This document shows positions 30,976 to 40,454 of a stretch of 64,000 bases of DNA, piece after piece. The stretch comes from Naegleria gruberi. Lineage: Eukaryota. Location of the stretch: assembly GCA_000004985.1 (NCBI GenBank), contig GG738848.1; one strand, given 5' to 3'. The notes under the pieces were generated by a model. That model saw nothing but the letters and a program-made list of their open reading frames with translations, ran no database searches and was not told the origin of the DNA. Every line of letters starts with the position of its first letter. The stretch's first letter is position 1. A program made the translations under genes and the position numbers.

Positions 30976-32904
30976 CTAAGGAAGCAAACTATTGGTAGTG
31001 TCTTTTCTTTCAAACCATGTACTCTTAATCCAAATTATTCTATTACAAATAACAGCAATTATCATGGCAATACATCCCAAAGACCAAATTACTTCTCCTG
31101 TAATTTCCAAAGATCTTTCATTAACTAAAAAGCAACCTGAACCAATTGTGAATAATAAACTACTTGTAATATTCAATAAATAAGCAGATAAATCAATTGA
31201 CATGAATGTAAAACATTTTACATTGATATCCATTCCATTCCTAGCAGATTTAATGATATCCACTTGTTTTACAATATATTGAATTATTGAAACAATTAAA
31301 TATGAAATAGCTCCAACAGACCAATTGACCTCTGCAATAATTACAATTAAAATAGGTGGATTCAACATGTATAACGAAGATCCAATTGTAAAAGTTAATC
31401 CTCCCAAAATTAAAAAGAAATCATTCACCATTTCCAAAATAATCATTTTCAATGGAGGTAAATCAGGAGGTCTATATGAACTAATATCTTGATGTAATTC
31501 ATGCATTTGATCTTTTAACCTTTTAGAACTTTCATTTTGTAAATTTGTAATTTCCTTCACTTTCTTCTCCCATCTGAAATGTCTAATTAAATTAATGACA
31601 TCAACCAAAGCCTTTCCCAATGGTCCAACAAGGAATAAAACTGATCCTATAATAAACAATAATATTCCCGAGAAGAAGAAGGTTACATTATTAGCAATCA
31701 ATAAACCACATCCAGCCACGAACAATGCTGCTCCAATCACAAACGAAATATCCAACAATGCAAAAGCAGCAATATTTAACCCTCTCATCATTATCAGAGT
31801 AGAGTTCTTCTGCTGATGATTCCCAACGAGAACAAGAATGGAAGAGGAAGGAATTTTGGAATTTTTTTCTCTTGTTTTGTTTGATTCTTCGTGTTCTTGT
31901 TTGATTGTTGTTGTAATATTCTGTTGGTGCTTCTTATTGTTGTTGACGATGGTCTTATTACTCCTGTGGAGAATTTCATGATGGAATTGTGAATGTTCAT
32001 CCTTGTTATCATCATGCTGAAGGTTATGTAGAAGGGAATTAATTTTCGAGTGTTCATCTCTGATCGATTGAAGAAGATCGAGTGTGCTATTGTTGTTATC
32101 TACTGCTGTTGAGGTTGACAATTGTTTGAGATTGTTTGAAGAGTTGGGTTGTTCTTGATGATGGAGATTAGTAAGAGAACCATCCAATGTATAGATTGAG
32201 AAGGTCTCTCCTTCTTCACTTGTTGTTGAAGTGCTACTATGACTTGAATTACTATAGGAAAGTGCATGGTGATACTTTCTTTGGGGAGGTTCTAATATAA
32301 TTTCATTGTTGTTGTCTTGTTCTTCATGATGTGATGATGATGAATTCATTACATTTCTTGAATAAGAAGGTTGAATAGAAAATGCTTCCATGTGAATAGG
32401 TTCAACCAATGTTTCCTCCAATTTACCAATTATTGATTTCTCATAATGTTGATTATCACATCCTGATGGAGGTGTAATATCTGGTTGTTGCTGATGATTG
32501 TTTTTTTCACAAAGAGAGGAAATAATTGATGGAGAAATCTTAGACAAATCAATTGTACTTGCATTCAGCATTTCAATATTCTCTCCAATAATATTATCTT
32601 TAGTTTCTAATGCTTTTTCTTGACAAGTTGAATCGCCTTGTTTCTTCTGCATGTTGTTGAATGGGTTTGTTTGCATTTTCTTATTAATTTGGTTGTGAGA
32701 GTCTGGCAACGAATCATGCAGCTGCTGAGAAGACATTCCAATAAATTTACCTTTCGTATAATTATTTTCTTCTGCATCCTCAATAATGTCCACAATAACA
32801 ACACTATTGCTTGAAGATCCGTGGTCGGCCGAATAGGAGAAATGTTTCTCTTGATTATTTGTCTTGCTATTTATGTGACTTGTTTTGAAATTCATAAAAT
32901 TCAT
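30976..32904 (-). CDS. Membrane protein with N/Q/S-rich N-terminal half and C-terminal six-TM region built from three internal 2-TM repeats (642 aa)
   Basis: Repeated units FVIGAALFVAGCGLL…FFSGILLFIIGSVLFLVGP, FLILGGLTFTIGSSLYML…WSVGAISYLIVSII, LLFTIGSGCFLV…IWSLGCIAMIIAVI. ATG 32902-32904. Confidence 0.55.
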   Translation of the reverse strand: MNFMNFKTSHINSKTNNQEKHFSYSADHGSSSNSVVIVDIIEDAEENNYTKGKFIGMSSQQLHDSLPDSHNQINKKMQTNPFNNMQKKQGDSTCQEKALETKDNIIGENIEMLNASTIDLSKISPSIISSLCEKNNHQQQPDITPPSGCDNQHYEKSIIGKLEETLVEPIHMEAFSIQPSYSRNVMNSSSSHHEEQDNNNEIILEPPQRKYHHALSYSNSSHSSTSTTSEEGETFSIYTLDGSLTNLHHQEQPNSSNNLKQLSTSTAVDNNNSTLDLLQSIRDEHSKINSLLHNLQHDDNKDEHSQFHHEILHRSNKTIVNNNKKHQQNITTTIKQEHEESNKTREKNSKIPSSSILVLVGNHQQKNSTLIMMRGLNIAAFALLDISFVIGAALFVAGCGLLIANNVTFFFSGILLFIIGSVLFLVGPLGKALVDVINLIRHFRWEKKVKEITNLQNESSKRLKDQMHELHQDISSYRPPDLPPLKMIILEMVNDFFLILGGLTFTIGSSLYMLNPPILIVIIAEVNWSVGAISYLIVSIIQYIVKQVDIIKSARNGMDINVKCFTFMSIDLSAYLLNITSSLLFTIGSGCFLVNERSLEITGEVIWSLGCIAMIIAVICNRIIWIKSTWFERKDTTNSLLP

Positions 32905-33603
32905 TTTGGCTATTGGATGAGAACAGTTAGTAATTTGATAAGAAGTGATTTAATATATATTGAAAAGATGATGAAAAGAATGTTCAGAAGTAATGATTGC
33001 AATAAAACGTTACTAAGTAACTTTAATAATAGATTCTGAGAGAGATATAAACAACATGAGCAGTGTGGGTAACAAGGTTTAATGTTGCCACACTTTTTAT
33101 GAGATATATATTTGACAAGAGAATAACCAACAGACAACCCAAGCTCTATTTTTAATGTTATCACAACAGGTTCTTTTGTTGGTAGTAGTTGGGTGTGGGT
33201 TTGAGTATTGTGAATTAGTTGAATTGGGAGTTTGTTGTTTCTAAAGTGCTCTGGGTGATGTCTTGATACTGTTTTATTAAATTGAAGCGTTATTGGATAA
33301 TGAAATGAATTTTCATGCCTTATCTAGTTTCTTTTAATGTAAATAACTGAAGAATTTGATTTAAGGATTGACTGTATTCAATCTGAATACTTGATAAATA
33401 TAATATCATAAATAACGAACTCAATAGGTACTGTAATAATCTTCCTATTGGTTCCTTAATATTACTTCCTTTTTACCACATCACATTTCAAGATCTGTTC
33501 ATTGTTCAAGAGTCTTTTCATAAATCATCGATAGGAAGCTATGAACTTTTAATCAAAAAAAAAGAATTTACATTGCCAATTCTTCTTCTATAACGTCGTC
33601 ATC

Positions 33604-36600
33604 ATGTCCCAACAACAACAACAACAACAGGAGGAAGAAATTGATCCAACATTGTTGAATTATAGAAACTTGACATTGTATGTAAAAAAGGGTGAAAGTA
33701 AGGATGTTGTCTCGGCATTGATCAGAGAGAATGAAAGTTCAAGTCAATCATCCTCTTCCGAAGATATTCAAAATAATGTGGAGGAGGCTTTTTCCAAGAC
33801 TGTTGATGAATCTACATTCCGAATTGAAGAATTAGATGAGGAGAGTTTAGAAAAATTATTAGCAGAATTATTAAAAGATCAAGATGATCAAGAAGTGTCA
33901 ATTCAACAAAATTATCTAATGAGAGAACAATCACTAAAACCTCCAGAACCTGGTACTGTTGAAATTAAACAACAAGTTGAATTTCCTCCTAAATTAGATC
34001 AATTAGAAACTGCCATAAATTCTGTAGGAAATTATCTGGCAGAAAAGGCAACAGAAAACAAGAAACAAGAAACAAACTTTAAAATCATTAGATCTGTTCC
34101 AACTGGAAAGCAAAATTCGGAAATAAGTTCAGTACCATTTATTTCCATTACATTTAGTCATGATATGATTGAAGAATTTGATGGAGAACCAAAATCATTT
34201 GAAGAAATTGATTTTGTTGAAATTAGTCCAGTCACTGAAAATGTTAAGGAAGGAAAATGGAAATGGATTGGAACTAAATCTTTAGTATTTCAACCAAGAT
34301 TCAGATTTGATAGATCTAATGAATTCACTTACAAGATTCTGAAAGAAAAGACCAAATCTGTGTTTGGTAACACGATTGAAGAAGATTTGGTGGTCACTTT
34401 CAAAACGCCAACATCACGCACTCTCTCAGTTATTCCTTCGTCAACAAGTTTCCCAATTTCCGAACTTCCTTTCATTTTCCTTCAATTTGATCAAGATATG
34501 GATAAGCAAAGTGTTCTTGCACATTTGTCAATAACAGTTTCTTCTAAATCTATTGGTGTAGAAGTATTAGAAGAAACATCAATTATTTCCAAAATGTTGG
34601 AAGATTTGGATTATGCTAAAAAGTTTCCATATGTTTTTGGATCATACAATAGATGCCTTCAAGGCACATATGACCCAAAGAGGTGTATGTGGCTGAAGTT
34701 GCATATTGCCAATGAAACTTTACATGCTGGAAAGGATTATCCAAAAATTGGATTAGGAGAATATTTGAGTATTTTATTGAAAAAGGGGTATAAGAGTTTG
34801 GAAGGACCAATACCGTCAGCTCATGAATACTCGACAGGTATTTATGGTTATTCCAAAATGGCAGTCAACTATCATTACCCAAAGAAACATTTATTTTATA
34901 ATGATATTTATCCAGGATGTTCATTTACTTTCAGTTTCAACAATCCAATTGATTTGGACAAGATAGAAAGTATTGAAACATTTGTCCAAGTTGAACCAGC
35001 CATTAAAAATTATAAGGTAACTTGTAATGGTAATAGTATTGTAATATCTGGTGATACACTTGCTAGAGAAAAGTATCGTGTGAAAATATTGAAAGGTGTC
35101 CCTGATATTTATAATCAAAGCTTGGAAAATGAATATGAAGCAACTTTTGAAGTGAGCGGAGAAGATAGAGAATTCAACATGACTCTTTCAAACTCAACAA
35201 TTATGCCACCTTGCTTGTTTGATTCACAAGATCCTTTTCTTTACTTTGATTCTGTAAATATTCAAGAAACTCATGTTATTATTAATCAAGTTGATCCTGT
35301 AGAAATGTACAAGGAAAGCTCTTTTCCCAAGTTAGCTGCAAAAACAGTATTTAATTCATATGATAATTATGATTACTTTGATTGGTATCCTCGTAAACCT
35401 CACAAGATTGGAAAGGAAGTTTTTGATCAAAAGGTAAAACCTGATAACTTTGTAAAAGATAGAACAGTTTCAACCAAGATTATGTTATCTCAATATCTCC
35501 AAAATGGAAAGACTGGATCTCTACTTGTTCACATCAAACCAAAGAGATCTATTTTATACAACTTATTTAATGGATACGAAACCAAGTGGATTCAAGTTTC
35601 AAATTTGTGTGCTGATATTATTAGTATCACAGGAGAGAAGGCAGCAGTTTTTGTTACTGATTTCTCAACTGGAAAACCAGTTCCAAATGCCACAGTAACT
35701 TTATCCTATTCTACCAATAATACACCAACGAAAGATGAAGACTTGAATATTATCTCAACAAGTGAAACAACAAATGAAAATGGAATGGCCTTCTTTTCCT
35801 ACAGTCGTAATTATCACACTGTTTTGATCATTTCAAAAGATCAAGATCAAGTTGTGTACACAAATCCAACAATTTACTCTCATTCAATCCGAACCGACAC
35901 AATTTCTGCTCATATATTTAATGATCGTGGTCTTTACAAGCCAAATGAAAATGTACATATCAAAGGTTTCCTTAGAGATATCAAGTACAATTATGAAAAG
36001 GGTTCTGAGAACTATGGCACCTATTCTATTAGAGAACCATCCACTGAAACTAAAGCTACCTATGAAGTTCAGGATTCTCGAGGTGTCAAATATTTGGATG
36101 GAAAGATTGAATTGAGTCCAAGTGGATCCTTTGTATTGGATTTAACTGTTCCTGATAATGCTAATTTGGGTTCTCATTCCTTGACAATTTGCTATGGATC
36201 TAGAAAATTTAACCACACTTTCAATGTTCAAGAATTTAGAACAAAAGAGTATACAGTTTCTAGCAGCATTATTCCTTCATCTGATAAGGTGGATTTGTTT
36301 ATTGGTGACAAATTGGTAAATAAGGTCAGCGCAAAGTATTATAGTGGAGGTGGCTTGTCCAATTCCCAAGTTAACTACCAGTTCAACACAGAACCTGCAA
36401 CCTTTAATCCAGAAGGATGGAGTAATTATGTCTTTCAAGATACAGATCTCAGAAATAATTACAAGCTCAATACTCTTATTGAAAATATGAAATCCAAATA
36501 TCAAGTATATCAAAGCTTTAACAGTGCAACTGACCCAAGCGGAGATGATCATGCCTTTATGCAGTTGTGGGATCCAGAAAAAATAGTAACTGGTCCAATA

Positions 36601-39600
36601 AGCATTAATTGTAAAGCAAATGTTCAAGATATTAATAGACAAACACAAGGAACATCTAGTGAGGTTATTCTCCACTCTTGTAAATACTATGTTGGTATTC
36701 GCTGTACAAAGAGAGTTGTTATGAAATCTGATGAAAATATTGACTGCTTTTTCATTGTTACAGATATTAGAGGTAAAATTGTAAAGGATATTCCAATATC
36801 TGTAAAATTGGTCAAGTTTGGTTATGATTCTAGGGGTTATGAAAGATGGGAAACCACTAAACCAATCAAGGAAATTAATCTAACCTCTCAAAGTCAACCA
36901 CTTCTTCATACATTTACCCTCAATGAAAACACAAATGATACTGCCTATGGAGAGTATGCAATTTTGTGTGAGGTAAAAGAGAGTGAAAGACCAAAATTTA
37001 GATCAGGCATTAACAGATGTAGTATTCCAATTCGTAAATTTGGATTTAAAGAACACTTGACATCAAAGGGATACACTTCACTCAGCACCAATTCACTTGA
37101 GTTAATTTCTAATAAGTTTGAAACTGATGAATACGAGCCAGGTGAAGAAGCCAAAGTTTATATTGTCTCTCCATTCAATGGTGAGTGCTCTGGATTTGCC
37201 TGGGTTTTATGCAATGGATTAATCAAAGAGGAGAGATTTGACATTACTAACGGTATCCATGAATTGACCATTCCAATCAAGAAGGAATACAGACCTAATA
37301 TCCAAGTAAGAGTTCAATTATTTGGTACTGAAAATTATATTGATGTTGATGACAAGCCAAGAGTTAATCCAGCTCATGCTACTGGATCTCTAACCCTCAA
37401 TATTTCCAAAACCGAGCATGAACTCACTGTAACTGTCACTCCAAAGGACCCAATCTTGAGTCCAGGAAAAGAAACTGATGTCAGCATTCTCGTAAAAGAT
37501 AAGCAAGGAAACAATGTACCAAATTGTGAGGTTTGTTTAATTGTTGCTGATCAAGCTGTTTTAGATATGGCCAATTATTCAGTTACCAATCCAATGTTTA
37601 CCTTTGTTTCTAACAATTCATGCTCTGTTGATTTCTCTTCGATAAGAGATCGAGTAAGATATTGGTTATATCCAAGAAAAAATCAAAGAGATGAAGAAAT
37701 CTTAGCAATAAGACAACAGGCACTCCCTTCTTCAAATTTGTGTGCATGTGATTTAGCTGGTTGCAGTGGAGGCCGTTCGCGTAAATGCTGTGAACAATGT
37801 GGCGAATGTGACGATATGGCTCAAAAGGAATGCAAACGTGAAAAGTGTTGCAAGAAGTCATGTGGCCTTGCATGTTTTTCTAGAAGGTGTTGTAAAAATA
37901 GTAAGGATTCATATGATGGCTCACGATCCCAGATGCCATCTATGGATGATAGAAATGGTGTATTTGAAATTCGTTCCAACTTTAAACCAGATGCTGCTTT
38001 TATTGGATTTGCTCAAACTGATGAAAATGGATTTGCAAAGCTTGATTTCAAATTGACTGACGCTCTCACAAAATTCAAAGTTACAGCTGTTGTAAATGCT
38101 AAACAAGACATGTTTGGTATTGGTAATTCTGCAATTACTACCAATTTACCTATTGCAGTTAGACCATCACTTCCAAGATTTTTGAATTATGGAGATTTAT
38201 GTGATTTGACCTATGTTTTACAAAATCAAACAGATTCTGATTTGACTCTTTCTCTAGTATGTAATGTATCAAATCTCAGAATATTCAATGGAAAGGATAA
38301 AAATCAACGTAAGAAGGGATATACTGTTGTGATACCAGCAATGGGAAGAAAAGAAATTAGAATTCCTGTTCAAGTACTCAAATGTGGTAAGGCTCTTATC
38401 AATCTTGGAGTTAGAGTGGTTAGAGCCATAGCCAAGAATCCTGAAAAGCAAGAACTTGCCGATGGAATGGTTGGATGGTCAGATGCTGTCAAGAATGATT
38501 TCAAAGTTTTTACTCCAGTAACCAATGAAGCTTTTGCAACGTATGGAGATGTTAGTGCAGAAAGTGAAACTATTGTACAACCAATTTCACTTCCATCCAA
38601 GAATCTATTGGCACACTTTGGTGAATTCACTGTTAGTACTTCAACAACAGCTCTATCTACATTGACTGATTCTCTCATTTATCTCTATTCTTATCCATAT
38701 GAGTGTAATGAGCAAATTGCATCAAAGATTTTAGGTATAGTTTGTATGAAGGAAATGATCTTACAATTCTACACACCTGAAGAGCTTCAAAGATTGATGG
38801 AAATTTCTGGAGAGGAAGAAGTTAACACATTCATTAATTCCAACCTTGCTAGATTATTTGATCGTCAAAGATATGACGGAGCATTCTCATATTGGGATAG
38901 CAAGTTAATTGGAGACCCATTCTTAACATGTCATGTAGCTCTCTGTTTTGCAAAATGTAAATCTGAAGGTTACAAAATCCCAGATCAAATATTATCAAGA
39001 ACCAAATCCATTTTGAAGAATATTTCAAGTTTATTCTTCTTTGGATTCCTTTGGCCAAGATGTATTAAGGATACAATCAAATCATATGCCTATTATATTT
39101 TATCATTGTTAGCTGAAAGTGAATCTGATAAGGGACAGGTAATTTCTCTGTGTGAAGGAATTCTTGATCATTATAATAGCATTACTGAATTGACACAAGA
39201 ATTATCCCCAGAGACTGCTGCCTACCTTGCTATGGCCATTCATAAATGTAAGAAGGAACCAGTAACAGAAGAAAAGAAGGGCTTCTTTGCTAAATTTACT
39301 AAAGAAAAGATAACTATTCATCAATGGTTGGATGCTATCAAATCATACTTTAAGGAAAATGTAACAATTGACTCTGGAATTTATGCTCACTTTATTACTC
39401 GTTATGAAGATAATGAACTCGCTCAAATGGTTATGTTGCATTCAAATACCAGAACTGATGCTGTTGTTTTGGGTTGTTTGATGGAAATTGATAGAGAAGA
39501 CAGTAGTGATATTATTCAAAAATTGGTGAGAAGTTTGTTGGCTGCCAGAAATGCAAACAGATATGGTCGTTGGTATAATACTCAAGAAAATTCCATCTGT

Positions 39601-40404
39601 CTCATGTCACTCACTGATTATTTCAAGATATTTGAGAAGGAAATTCCAGATATGAATGTCAATACTTGGCTAGTAGATAGTACTAGACCAGAGGAAACTG
39701 TATTCATGGGTAATCAATCTTGGAAGGGAAGAAGTAGAGAAAAGAAAACTACATCATTACCACTTGTTGCCTTTGTTCCACGAAGTGATATTGAAAAGGA
39801 AGTTGTTAATCCAAATGAAAGTGATTCCAAAAAGTCATTCTTGTTGACAAAGAATGGAGCTGGAAGGCTTTACTATAGAATTGCTCTTTCATACACTCCT
39901 GAAGAATTGGTTCTCAAAGCTCTTGATAAAGGATTTTCAGTTTCCAGAGTTTACGAAGCAATTACCAACCCAGATGATGTCAAGTTTGACAAGTCAACAA
40001 AAACATGGAAGGTAAAATCAGGAGAATTAGTCAGAGTAACAGTTACGATTTGCAATCCAACCAGAAGATACAATGTAGCCATGGTTGACAAGATGCCAGC
40101 AGGTTTCGAAGCTGTCAATCCAGAACTCGATACACAATTTACTGATTTTGGAAATAGTGGCAATGAAGAAGATTTAGCAAACAAATACTATTACAAATGG
40201 TTCGAAAATCAAAACATTAGAGATGAAAGAGTTGAAGCATTCAGCAGAATCTTATATGAAGGCTCCCACGTTTACAGTTATATATGCAGAGCTACTACGA
40301 TTGGATCATTTGTTTCTCCTCCAGCTTATATCGAAGAAATGTACTCTCCTGAATGCTTTGGAAGAAGTAAGACTGAGTTTGTGCAAGTTTATGATAAAAA
40401 ATAA
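33604..40404 (+). CDS. Giant alpha-2-macroglobulin / thioester-containing-protein-like protein (2266 aa), single exon
   Basis: Thioester-like PYECNEQ (CxEQ) followed by TED-type RQRYDGAFSYW. Many MG-like beta-rich repeats upstream. A Cys-rich insert at 37735-37915 sits where a bait region would be. Poly-Gln N-terminus with no signal peptide. Confidence 0.65.
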   Translation: MSQQQQQQQEEEIDPTLLNYRNLTLYVKKGESKDVVSALIRENESSSQSSSSEDIQNNVEEAFSKTVDESTFRIEELDEESLEKLLAELLKDQDDQEVSIQQNYLMREQSLKPPEPGTVEIKQQVEFPPKLDQLETAINSVGNYLAEKATENKKQETNFKIIRSVPTGKQNSEISSVPFISITFSHDMIEEFDGEPKSFEEIDFVEISPVTENVKEGKWKWIGTKSLVFQPRFRFDRSNEFTYKILKEKTKSVFGNTIEEDLVVTFKTPTSRTLSVIPSSTSFPISELPFIFLQFDQDMDKQSVLAHLSITVSSKSIGVEVLEETSIISKMLEDLDYAKKFPYVFGSYNRCLQGTYDPKRCMWLKLHIANETLHAGKDYPKIGLGEYLSILLKKGYKSLEGPIPSAHEYSTGIYGYSKMAVNYHYPKKHLFYNDIYPGCSFTFSFNNPIDLDKIESIETFVQVEPAIKNYKVTCNGNSIVISGDTLAREKYRVKILKGVPDIYNQSLENEYEATFEVSGEDREFNMTLSNSTIMPPCLFDSQDPFLYFDSVNIQETHVIINQVDPVEMYKESSFPKLAAKTVFNSYDNYDYFDWYPRKPHKIGKEVFDQKVKPDNFVKDRTVSTKIMLSQYLQNGKTGSLLVHIKPKRSILYNLFNGYETKWIQVSNLCADIISITGEKAAVFVTDFSTGKPVPNATVTLSYSTNNTPTKDEDLNIISTSETTNENGMAFFSYSRNYHTVLIISKDQDQVVYTNPTIYSHSIRTDTISAHIFNDRGLYKPNENVHIKGFLRDIKYNYEKGSENYGTYSIREPSTETKATYEVQDSRGVKYLDGKIELSPSGSFVLDLTVPDNANLGSHSLTICYGSRKFNHTFNVQEFRTKEYTVSSSIIPSSDKVDLFIGDKLVNKVSAKYYSGGGLSNSQVNYQFNTEPATFNPEGWSNYVFQDTDLRNNYKLNTLIENMKSKYQVYQSFNSATDPSGDDHAFMQLWDPEKIVTGPISINCKANVQDINRQTQGTSSEVILHSCKYYVGIRCTKRVVMKSDENIDCFFIVTDIRGKIVKDIPISVKLVKFGYDSRGYERWETTKPIKEINLTSQSQPLLHTFTLNENTNDTAYGEYAILCEVKESERPKFRSGINRCSIPIRKFGFKEHLTSKGYTSLSTNSLELISNKFETDEYEPGEEAKVYIVSPFNGECSGFAWVLCNGLIKEERFDITNGIHELTIPIKKEYRPNIQVRVQLFGTENYIDVDDKPRVNPAHATGSLTLNISKTEHELTVTVTPKDPILSPGKETDVSILVKDKQGNNVPNCEVCLIVADQAVLDMANYSVTNPMFTFVSNNSCSVDFSSIRDRVRYWLYPRKNQRDEEILAIRQQALPSSNLCACDLAGCSGGRSRKCCEQCGECDDMAQKECKREKCCKKSCGLACFSRRCCKNSKDSYDGSRSQMPSMDDRNGVFEIRSNFKPDAAFIGFAQTDENGFAKLDFKLTDALTKFKVTAVVNAKQDMFGIGNSAITTNLPIAVRPSLPRFLNYGDLCDLTYVLQNQTDSDLTLSLVCNVSNLRIFNGKDKNQRKKGYTVVIPAMGRKEIRIPVQVLKCGKALINLGVRVVRAIAKNPEKQELADGMVGWSDAVKNDFKVFTPVTNEAFATYGDVSAESETIVQPISLPSKNLLAHFGEFTVSTSTTALSTLTDSLIYLYSYPYECNEQIASKILGIVCMKEMILQFYTPEELQRLMEISGEEEVNTFINSNLARLFDRQRYDGAFSYWDSKLIGDPFLTCHVALCFAKCKSEGYKIPDQILSRTKSILKNISSLFFFGFLWPRCIKDTIKSYAYYILSLLAESESDKGQVISLCEGILDHYNSITELTQELSPETAAYLAMAIHKCKKEPVTEEKKGFFAKFTKEKITIHQWLDAIKSYFKENVTIDSGIYAHFITRYEDNELAQMVMLHSNTRTDAVVLGCLMEIDREDSSDIIQKLVRSLLAARNANRYGRWYNTQENSICLMSLTDYFKIFEKEIPDMNVNTWLVDSTRPEETVFMGNQSWKGRSREKKTTSLPLVAFVPRSDIEKEVVNPNESDSKKSFLLTKNGAGRLYYRIALSYTPEELVLKALDKGFSVSRVYEAITNPDDVKFDKSTKTWKVKSGELVRVTVTICNPTRRYNVAMVDKMPAGFEAVNPELDTQFTDFGNSGNEEDLANKYYYKWFENQNIRDERVEAFSRILYEGSHVYSYICRATTIGSFVSPPAYIEEMYSPECFGRSKTEFVQVYDKK
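33608..33632 (+). repeat. CAA trinucleotide run encoding poly-Gln
   Basis: (caa)7 at the start of the A2M-like ORF. Confidence 0.9.
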
Positions 40405-40454
40405 AGTTTGATATTACAAGTAAGGTCAATAAATTAGGTCCTAAACAGCTTATT

